Source: Eledone cirrhosa (Eukaryota). From it: 64,000 nucleotides of DNA. The position numbers and the translations under genes were made by a program. The notes under the pieces were generated by a model. The model worked only from the letters and a program-made list of their open reading frames with translations. It searched no databases and was not told the origin of the DNA. Positions 50,401 through 61,700 of the stretch are shown piece by piece (position 1 is the stretch's first letter; each line of letters begins with the position of its first letter). Location: the NCBI GenBank assembly GCA_964016885.1, contig OZ024741.1:408890001-408954000 (forward strand), read 5' to 3'.

Positions 50401-53400
50401 TTAAAAGGGAGACTATGTACCTATTTTAAAAGGAAGACTGTACCTATTTTAAAAGGAAGACTGTGTACCTATTTTAAAAGGAAGATTGTACCTATTTTAA
50501 AAGGAAGACTGTACCTATTTTAAAAGGAAGACTGTGTACCTATTTTAAAAGGGAGACTGTACCTATTTTAAAAGGAAGACTGTACCTATTTTAAAAAAGA
50601 GACTGTGTACCTATTTTAAAAGGAAGACTGTACCTATTTTAAAAGGGAGACTGTCTACCTATTTTAAAAGAAGACCGTACCTATGTTAAAAGGGAGACTG
50701 TGTACCTATTTTAAAAGGAAGACTGTACCTATTTTAAAAGGGAGACAGTGTACCTATTTTAAAAGGAAGACTGTGTACCTATTTTAAAAGGAAGACTGTA
50801 CCTGTTTTAAAAGGAAGACTACCTATTTCAAAATAAGACTGTGTACCTATTTTAAAAGGAAGACTGTACCTATTTTAAAAGGGAGACTGTACATATTTTA
50901 AAAGGGAGACTGTACCTATTTTAAAAGGAAGACTGTGTACCTATTTTAAAAGGAAGACTGTGTACCTATTTTAAAAGGGAGACTGTACCTATTTTAAAAG
51001 GAAGACTGTACCTATTTTAAAAGGAAGACTGTGTACCTATTTTAAAAGGGAGACTGTTCCTATTTTAAAAGGAAGACTGTGTACCTATTTTAAAAGGAAG
51101 ACTGTACCTATTTTAAAAGGAAGACTGTGTACCTATTTTAAAAGGGAGACTATGTACCTATTTTAAAAGGAAGACTGTACCTATTTTAAAAGGAAGACTG
51201 TGTACCTATTTTAAAAGGAAGATTGTACCTATTTTAAAAGGAAGACTGTACCTATTTTAAAAGGAAGACTGTGTACCTATTTTAAAAGGAAGACTGTACC
51301 TATTTTAAAAGGAAGACTGTGTACCTATGTTAAAAGGAAGACTGTACCTATTTTAAAAGGAAGACTGTACCTATTTTAAAAGGAAGACTGCGTACCTATT
51401 TTAAAAGGGAGACTGTACCTATTTAAAAAGGAACACTGTACCTATTTTAAAAGGAAGACTGTGTACCTATTTTAAAAGGAAGATTGTACCTATTTTAAAA
51501 GGAAGACTGTACCTATTTTAAAAAAAGACTGTGTACCTATTTTAAAAGGAAGACCGTGTACATATTTTAAAAGGAAGACTGTACCTATTTTAAAAAAGAG
51601 ACTGTGTGCCTATTTTAAAAGGGAGACCGTGTACCTATTTTAAAAGGGAGACTGTACATATTTTAAAAGGAAGACTGTGTACCTATTTTATAAGGAAGAA
51701 TGTACCTATTTTAAAAGGGAGACTGTGTACCTATTTTAAGAAGGAAGACTGTGTACCTAATTTAAAAGGAAGACTGTGTACCTATTTTAAAAGGGAGAAT
51801 GTGTACCTATTTTAAAAGGAAGACTCTACCTATTTTAAAAGGAAGACTGTGTACCTATTTTAAAAGGAAGACTGTACCTATTTTAAAAGGGAGACTGTGT
51901 ACCTATCTTAAAAGGAAGACTGTACCTATTTTAAAAGGAAGACTGTACCTATTTAAAAAGGAAGACTGTGTACCAATTTTAAAAGGAAGTCTGTGTACCT
52001 ATTTTAAAAGGGAGACTATGTACCTATTTTAAAAGGAAGACTGTACCTATTTTAAAAAAGAGACTGTGTACCTATTTTAAAAGGAAGACTGTACCTATTT
52101 TAGAAGGTAGACTGTGTACCTATTTTAAAAGGAAGACCGTACCTATGTTAAAAGGGAGACTGTGTAACTATTTTAAAAGGAAGACTGTACCTATTTTAAA
52201 AGGGAGACAGTGTACCTATTTTAAAAGGAAGACTGTGTACCTATTTTAAAAGGAAGACTGTACCTATTTTAAAAGGAAGACTACCTATTTTAAAAGGAAG
52301 ACTTTGTACCTATTTTAAAAGGAAGACTGTACCTATTTTAAAAGGGAGACTGTACCTATTTTAAAAGGGAGACTGTACCTATTTTAAAAGGAAGACTGTG
52401 TACCTATTTTAAAAGGAAGACTGTGTACCTATTTTAAAAGGGAGACTGTACCTATTTTAAAAGGAAGACTGTACCTATTTTAAAAGGAAGACTGTGTACC
52501 TATTTTAAAAGGGAGACTGTACCTATTTTAAAAGGAAGACTGTACCTATTTTAAAAGGAAGACTGTACCTATTTTAAAAGGGAGACAGTGTAACTATTTT
52601 AAAAGTGAGACTGTACCTCTTTTAAAAGGAAGACTGTACCTATTTTAAAAGGAAGACTGTGTACCTATTTTAAAAGGGAGACTGTACCTATTTTAAAAGG
52701 AAGAATGTGTACCTATTTTAAAAGGAAGACTGTACCTATTTTAAAAGGAAGACTATGTACCTATTTTAAAAGGAAGACTGTACCTATTTTAAAAGGAAGA
52801 CTGTGTACCTATTTTAAAAGGAAGATTATACCTATTTTAAAAGGAAGACTGTACCTATTTTAAAAGGAAGACTGTGTACCCATTTTAAAAGGAAGACTGT
52901 ACCTATTTCAAAAGGGAGACTGTGTACCTATTTTAAAAGGAAGACTGTACCTATTTTAAAAGGAAGACTGCGTACCTATTTTAAAAGGGAGACTGTACCT
53001 ATTTAAAAAGGAAGACTGTACCTATTTTAAAAGGAAGACTGTGTACCTATTTTAAAAGGGAGACTATGTACCTATTTTAAAAGGAAGATTGTACCTATTT
53101 TAAAAGGAAGACTGTACCTATTTAAAAAAAAAGACTGTGTACCTATTTTAAAAGGAAGACCGTGTACATATTTTAAAAGGAAGACTGTACCTATTTTAAA
53201 AAAGAGACTGTGTGCCTATTTTAAAAGGGAGACCGTGTACCTATTTTAAAAGGGAGACTGTACATATTTTAAAAGGAAGACTGTGTACCTATTTTATAAG
53301 GAAGAATGTACCTATTTTAAAAGGGAGACTGTGTACCTATTTTAAAAGGAAGACTGTGTACCTAATTTAAAAGGAAGACTGTGTACCTATTTTAAAAGGG

Positions 53401-56400
53401 AGAATGTGTACCTATTTTAAAAGGGAGACTACCTATTTTAAAAGGAAGACTGTGTACCTATTTTAAAAGAAAGACTGTACGTCTTTGAAAAGCGAGACTG
53501 TGTACCTATTTAAAAAAAAAGACTGTATCTATTTTAAAAGGAAGACTGTACCTATTTAAAAAGAGGATTGTGTACCTATTTTAAAAGGAAGACTGTACCT
53601 ATTTTAAAAGGAAGACTGTACCTATTTTAAAAGGAAGACTGTGTACCTATTTTAAAAGTAAGATTGTACCTATTTTAAAAGGAAGACTGTACCTATTTTA
53701 AAAGGAAGAGTGTACCTATTTTAAAAGGAAGACCGTGTACTTATTTTAAAAGGAAGTCTGTGTACCTATTTTAAAAGGGAGACTGTGTACCTATTTTAAA
53801 AGGAAGACTGTACCTATTTTAAAAGGGAGACTGTACCTATTTTAAAAGGGAGACTGTACCTATTTTAAAAGGAAGACTGTGTTTCCTATTTTAAAAGAAA
53901 GACTGTGTACCAATTTTAAAAGGGAGACTGTACCTATTTTAAAAGGAAGACTGTACCTATTTTAAAAGGAAGACTGTGTACCTATTTTAAAAGGGAGACT
54001 GTACCTATTTTAAAAGGAAAACTGTACCTATTTTAAAAGGAAGATTGTGTACCTATTTTAAAAGGAAGACTGTGTACCTATTTTAAAAGGAAGACTGTAC
54101 CTATTTTAAAAGGAAGACTGTGTACCTATTTTAAAAGGGAGACTATGTACCTATTTTAAAAGGAAGACTGTACCTATTTTAAAAGGAAGACTGTGTACCT
54201 ATCTTAAAAGGAAGATTGTACCTATTTTAAAAGGAAGACTGTACCTATTTTAAAAGGAAGACTGTACCTATTTTAAAAAAGAGACTGTGTACCTATTTTA
54301 AAAGGAAGGCTGTACCTATTTTAAAAGGGAGACTGTGTTCCTATTTTAAAAGGAAGACCGTACCTATGTTAAAAGCGAGACTGTGTAGCTATTTTAAAAG
54401 GAAGTCTGTGTACCTATTTTAAAAGGGAGACTGTGTACCTATTTTAAAAGGAAGACTGTACCTATTTTAAAAGGGAGACTGTTTAATTATTTTAAAAGGG
54501 AGACTGTGTACCTATTTTAAAAGGAAGACTGTACCTATTTTAAAAGGGAGACTCTGTATCTATTTTAAAAGGAAGACTGTACCTATTTTAAAAGGGAGAC
54601 AGTGTACCTATTTTAAAAGGAAGACTGTGTAGCTATTTTAAAAGGAAGACTGTACCTATTTTAAAAGGAAGACTGTACCATTTTAAAAGGGAGACAGTGT
54701 ACCTATTTTAAAAGGAAGACTGTGTACCTATTTTAAAAGGAAGACTGTACCTATTTTAAAAGGAAGACTACCTATTTTAAAATAAGACAGTATTTGAAAA
54801 GGAAGACTGTACCTATTTTAAAAGGGAGACTGTACCTATTTTAAAAGGAAGACTGTGTACCTATTTTAAAAGGAAGACTGTACCTATTTTAAAAGGGAGA
54901 CTGTGTACCTATTTTAAAACAAAGAATGTACCTATTTTAAAAGGAAGACTGTACCTATTTTAAAAGGAAGACTGTACCTATTTTAAAAGGAAGACTGTGT
55001 ACCTATTTTAAAAGGGAGACTGTACCTATTTTAAAAGGAAGACTGTACCTATTTTAAAAGGAAGACTATGTACCTATTTTAAAAGGGAGACTGTACCTAT
55101 TTTAAAAGGAAGACTGTACCTATTTTAAAAGGAAGACTGTACCTATTTTAAAAGGAAGACTGTGTACCTATTTTAAAAGGGAGACTGTACCTATTTTAAA
55201 AGGAAAACTGTACCTATTTTAAAAGGAAGATTGTGTACCTATTTTAAAAGGAAGACTGTGTACCTATTTTAAAAGGAAGACTGTACCTATTTTAAAAGGA
55301 AGACTGTGTACCTATTTTAAAAGGGAGACTATGTACCTATTTTAAAAGGAAGACTTACCTATTTTAAAAGGAAGACTGTGTACCTATCTTAAAAGGAAGA
55401 TTGTACCTATTTTAAAAGGAAGACTGTACCTATTTTAAAAGGAAGACTGTACCTATTTTAAAAAAGAGACTGTGTACCTATTTTAAAAGGAAGGCTGTAC
55501 CTATTTTAAAAGGGAGACTGTGTTCCTATTTTAAAAGGAAGACCGTACCTATGTTAAAAGGGAGACTGTGTAGCTATTTTAAAAGGAAGTCTGTGTACCT
55601 ATTTTAAAAGGGAGACTGTGTACCTATTTTAAAAGGAAGACTGTACCTATTTTAAAAGGGAGACTGTTTAATTATTTTAAAAGGGAGACTGTGTACCTAT
55701 TTTAAAAGGAAGACTGTACCTATTTTAAAAGGGAGACTCTGTACCTATTTTAAAAGGAAGACTGTACCTATTTTAAAAGGGAGACAGTGTACCTATTTTA
55801 AAAGGAAGACTGTGTACCTATTTTAAAAGGAAGACTGTACCTATTTTAAAAGGAAGACTACCTATTTTAAAATAAGACTGTGTACCTATTTTAAAAGGAA
55901 GACTGTGTACCTATTTTAAAAGGAAGACTGTGCCTATTTTAAAAGGGAGACTGTACCTATTTTAAAAGGAAGACTGTGTACCTATTTTAAAAGGAAGACT
56001 GTGTACCTATTTAAAAAAAAGACTGTATCTATTTTAAAATGAAGACTGTACCTATTTAAAAAAAAAGATTGTGTACCTATTTTAAAAGGAAGACTGTACC
56101 TATTTTAAAAGGAAGCCTGTACCTATTTTAAAAGGGAGACTCTGTACCTATTTTAAAAGGAAGACTGTACCTATGTTAAAAGGGAGACTGTGTACCTATT
56201 TTAAAAGGAAGCATGTACCTTTTTAAAAGGGAGACAGTGTACCTGTTTTAAAAGGAAGACTGTACCTATTTTAAAAGGAAGACTACCTATTTTAAAATAA
56301 GACAGTATTTGAAAAGGAAGACTGTACCTATTTTAAAAGGGAGACTGTACCTATTTTAAAAGGAAGACTGTGTACCTATTTTAAAAGGAAGACTGTACCT

Positions 56401-57695
56401 ATTTTAAAAGGGAGACTGTGTACCTATTTTAAAACAAAGAATGTACCTATTTTAAAAGGAAGACTGTACCTATTTTAAAAGGAAGACTGTACCTATTTTA
56501 AAAGGAAGACTGTGTACCTATTTTAAAAGGGAGACTGTACCTATTTTAAAAGGAAGACTGTACCTATTTTAAAAGGAAGACTGTGTACCTATTTTAAAAG
56601 GGAGACTGTACCTATTTTAAAAGGAAGACTGTACCTATTTTAAAAGGAAGACTGTACCTATTTTAAAAGGAAGATTGTGTACCTATTTTAAAAGGGAGAC
56701 TGTACCTATTTTAAAAGGGCGACTATACCTATTTTCAAAGGGAGACTTACCTATTTTAAAAGGGAGACTGTGTACCTATTTTAAAAGGAAGACTGTACCT
56801 ATTTTAAAAGGAAGACTGTGTACCTATTTTAAAAGGAAGACTGTACCTATTTTAAAAGGAAGACTGTACCTATTTTAAAAGGAAGACTGTACCTATTTTA
56901 AAAGGAAGATTGTGTACCTATTTTAAAAGGGAGACTGTACCTATTTTAAAAGGAAGACTGTACCTATTTTAAAAGGAAGACTGTACCTATTTTAAAAGGA
57001 AGATTGTGTACCTATTTTAAAAGGGACACTGTAACTATTTTAAAAAGAAGTCTGTACTTATTTTAAAAGGAAGACTGTACCTATTTTAAAAGGAAGACAG
57101 TGTACCTGTTTTAAAAGGGACACTGTGTACCTATTTTAAAAGGGAGACTGTGAACCTATTTTAAAAGGAAGACTGTGTACCTATTTTAAAAGGGAGACCG
57201 TACCTATTTTAAAAGGAAGACTGTGTACGTATTTTAAAAGGGAGGCTGTACCTATTTAAAAAAGAAGACTGTACCTATTTTAAAAGGAAAACTCTACATA
57301 TTTGAAAAGAAAGACTGTGTACCTATTTTAAAAGGGAGACTGCACCTATTTTAAAAGGGAGACTGTACCTATTTTAAAAGGAAGACTTACCTATTTTAAA
57401 AGGGAGACTGTACCTATTTTAAAAGGAAGACTCTACCTATTTTAAAAGGGAGACTGTGTACCTATTTTAAAAGGAAGACTGTGTAGCTATTTTAAAAGGG
57501 AGACTGTGTACCTATTTTGAAAGGAAGACTGTGTACCTATTTTAAAAGGGAGACTGTACCTATATTAAAAGGAAGACTGTGTACCTATTTTAAAAGGAAG
57601 ACTGTACCTATTTTAAAAGGACGACTGTACCTATTTTAAAAGGAAGACTGTACCTATTTCAAAAGGAAGACTATGTAACTATTTTAAAAGGGAGA
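47437..57695 (+). repeat. Copy B of the 11.9-kb duplication, lacking ~1,690 bp (copy A ~41727-43416)
   Basis: The offset to copy A is 11932 up to ~53658 and then 10242 (ORFs 46433/56675; AAAAGTAAGATTG at ~43412/53654). Confidence 0.9.
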
Positions 57696-58790
57696 CTGTG
57701 TACCTATTTTAAAATGAAGACTGTGTACCTATTTTAAAAGGGAGACTGTACCTATTTTAAAAGGAAGACTGTACCTATTTTAAAAGGAAGACTCTACATA
57801 TTTTAAAAGGAAGACTGTACCTATTTTAAAAAGAAGACTGTGTACCTATTTCAAAAGGAAGACTGTGTACCTATTTTAAAAGGGAGACTATGTACCTATT
57901 TTAAGAGGACGAAGATACCTATTTTAAAAGGAAGACTGTACCTATTTTAAAAGGGAGACTGTACCTATTTTAAAAGGAAGACTCTACCTATTTTAAAAGG
58001 AAGACTGTACCTATTTTAAAAAGAAGACTGTGTACCTATATTAAAAGGGAGACTGTGTACGTATTTTAAAACGATGATTGTGTACCTATTTTAAATGGGA
58101 GACTGTACCTATTTTAAAAGGAAGACTGTACCTATTTTAAAAGGAAGACTGTACCTATTTTAAAAGGAAGACTGTGTACCTATTTTAAAAGGGAGACTGT
58201 ACCTATTTTAAAAGGAAGACTCTACCTATTTTAAAAGGAAGACTGTGTACCTATTTTAAAAGGGAGACTGTATCTATTGTAAAAGGAATACTGTACCTAT
58301 TTTAAAATGAAGACTGTACCTATTTTAAAAGGAAGACTCTATATATTTTAAAAGGAAGACTGTGTACTTATTTCAAAAGGGAGACTGCACCTATTTTAAA
58401 AGGAAGACTGTGTACGTATTTTAAAAGGGAGACTGTGTACCTATTTTAAAATGAAGATTGTACCTATTTTAAAAGGAAGACTGTGTACCTATTTTAAAAG
58501 GGAGACTGTACCTATTTTAAAAGGAAGACTGTACCTATTTTAACAGGAAGACTGTACCTATTTTAAAAAGGAAGATTGTGTACCTATTTTAAAAGGGAGA
58601 CTGTACCTATTTTAAAAGGGCGACTATACCTATTTTCAAAGGGAGACTTACCTATTTTAAAAGGGAGACTGTGTACCTATTTTAAAAGGAATACTGTACC
58701 TATTTTAAAAGGAAGACTGTGTACCTATTTTAAAAGGAAGACTGTGCCTATTTTAAAAGGGAGACTGTACCTATTTTAAACGGAAGACTG
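57696..58790 (+). repeat. More diverged, mostly single-copy satellite segment between copies B and C
   Basis: Dense private variants: TTAAGAGGACGAAGATACC (~57901), AAAACGATGATTG (~58067), CTCTATATATTTT (~58337) and TAACAGG (~58541). It includes a short repeat of ~56660-56860 at offset 1901. Confidence 0.78.
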
Positions 58791-61700
58791 TGTACCTATT
58801 TTAAAAGGAAGACTGTACCTATTTTAAAAGGAAGACTGTGTACCTATCTTAAAAGGAAGATTGTACCTATTTTAAAAGGAAGGCTGTTCCTATTTTAAAA
58901 GGAAGACTGAACCTATTTTAAAAAATAGACTGTGTACCTATTTTAAAAGGAAGACTGTACCTATTTTAAAAGGGAGACTGTGTTCCTATTTTAAAAGGAA
59001 GACCGTACCTATGTTAAAAGGGAGACTGTGTACCTATTTTAAAAGGAAGACTGTACCTATTTTAAAAGGGAGACAGTGTACCTATTTTAAAAGGAAGACT
59101 GTGTACCTTTTTTAAAAGGAAGACTGTACCTATTTTAAAAGGAAGACTACCTATTTTAAAATAAGACTGTGTACCTATTTTAAAAGGAAGACTGTACCTA
59201 TTTTAAAAGGGAGACTGTACCTATTTTAAAAGGGAGACTGTACCTATTTTAAAAGGAAGACTGTGTTTCCTATTTCAAAAGAAAGACTGTGTACCAATTT
59301 TAAAAGGGAGACTGTACCTATTTTAAAAGGAAGACTGTACCTATTTTAAAAGGAAGACTGTGTACCTATTTTAAAAGGGAGACTGTACCTATTTTAAAAG
59401 GAAGACTGTGTACCTATTTTAAAAGGAAGACTGTGTACCTATTTTAAAAGGGAGACTGTAGCTATTTTAAAAGGAAGACTGTACCCATTTTAAAAGGAAG
59501 ACTGTGTACCTATTTTAAAAGGGAGACTGTACCTATTTTAAAAGGAAGACTGTGTACCTATTTTAAAAGGAAGACTGTACCTATTTTAAAAGGAAGACTG
59601 TGTACCTATTTTAAAAGGGAGACTATGTACCTATTTTAAAAGGAAGACTGTACCTATTTTAAAAGGAAGACTGTGTACCTATTTTAAAAGGAAGATTGTA
59701 CCTATTTTAAAAGGAAGACTGTACCTATTTTAAAAGGAAGACTGTGTACCTATTTTAAAAGGAAGACTGTACCTATTTTAAAAGGAAGACTGTACCTATT
59801 TTAAAAGCGAGACTGTGTACCTATTTTAAAAGGAAGAATGTAGCTATTTTAAAAGGAAGAATGTACCTATTTTAAAAGGAAGACGGTACCTATTTTAAAA
59901 GGAAGACTGCGTACCTATTTTAAAAGGGAGACTGTACCTATTTAAAAACGAACACTGTACCTATTTTAAAAGGAAGACTGTGTACCTATTTTAAAAGGGA
60001 GACTATGTACCTATTTTAAAAGGAAGACTGTACCTATTTTAAAAGGAAGACTGTGTACCTATTTTAAAAGTAAGATTGTACCTATTTTAAAAGGAAGACT
60101 GTACCTATTTTAAAAGGAAGAGTGTACCTATTTTAAAAGGAAGACCGTGTACTTATTTTAAAAGGAAGTCTGTGTACCTATTTTAAAAGGGAGACTGTGT
60201 ACCTATTTTAAAAGGAAGACTGTACCTATTTTAAAAGGGAGACTGTACCTATTTTAAAAGGGAGACTGTACCTATTTTAAAAGGAAGACTGTGTTTCCTA
60301 TTTTAAAAGAAAGACTGTGTACCAATTTTAAAAGGGAGACTGTACCTATTTTAAAAGGAAGACTGTACCTATTTTAAAAGGAAGACTGTGTACCTATTTT
60401 AAAAGGGAGACTGTACCTATTTTAAAAGGAAAACTGTACCTATTTTAAAAGGAAGATTGTGTACCTATTTTAAAAGGAAGACTGTGTACCTATTTTAAAA
60501 GGAAGACTGTACCTATTTTAAAAGGAAGACTGTGTACCTATTTTAAAAGGGAGACTATGTACCTATTTTAAAAGGAAGACTGTACCTATTTTAAAAGGAA
60601 GACTGTGTACCTATCTTAAAAGGAAGATTGTACCTATTTTAAAAGGAAGACTGTACCTATTTTAAAAGGAAGACTGTACCTATTTTAAAAAAGAGACTGT
60701 GTACCTATTTTAAAAGGAAGGCTGTACCTATTTTAAAAGGGAGACTGTGTTCCTATTTTAAAAGGAAGACCGTACCTATGTTAAAAGCGAGACTGTGTAG
60801 CTATTTTAAAAGGAAGTCTGTGTACCTATTTTAAAAGGGAGACTGTGTACCTATTTTAAAAGGAAGACTGTACCTATTTTAAAAGGGAGACTGTTTAATT
60901 ATTTTAAAAGGGAGACTGTGTACCTATTTTAAAAGGAAGACTGTACCTATTTTAAAAGGGAGACTCTGTATCTATTTTAAAAGGAAGACTGTACCTATTT
61001 TAAAAGGGAGACAGTGTACCTATTTTAAAAGGAAGACTGTGTACCTATTTTAAAAGGAAGACTGTACCTATTTTAAAAGGAAGACTGTACCATTTTAAAA
61101 GGGAGACAGTGTACCTATTTTAAAAGGAAGACTGTGTACCTATTTTAAAAGGAAGACTGTACCTATTTTAAAAGGAAGACTACCTATTTTAAAATAAGAC
61201 AGTATTTGAAAAGGAAGACTGTACCTATTTTAAAAGGGAGACTGTACCTATTTTAAAAGGAAGACTGTGTACCTATTTTAAAAGGAAGACTGTACCTATT
61301 TTAAAAGGGAGACTGTGTACCTATTTTAAAACAAAGAATGTACCTATTTTAAAAGGAAGACTGTACCTATTTTAAAAGGAAGACTGTACCTATTTTAAAA
61401 GGAAGACTGTGTACCTATTTTAAAAGGGAGACTGTACCTATTTTAAAAGGAAGACTGTACCTATTTTAAAAGGAAGACTGTGTACCTATTTTAAAAGGGA
61501 GACTGTACCTATTTTAAAAGGAAGACTGTACCTATTTTAAAAGGAAGACTGTACCTATTTTAAAAGGAAGACTGTGTACCTATTTTAAAAGGGAGACTGT
61601 ACCTATTTTAAAAGGAAAACTGTACCTATTTTAAAAGGAAGATTGTGTACCTATTTTAAAAGGAAGACTGTGTACCTATTTTAAAAGGAAGACTGTACCT

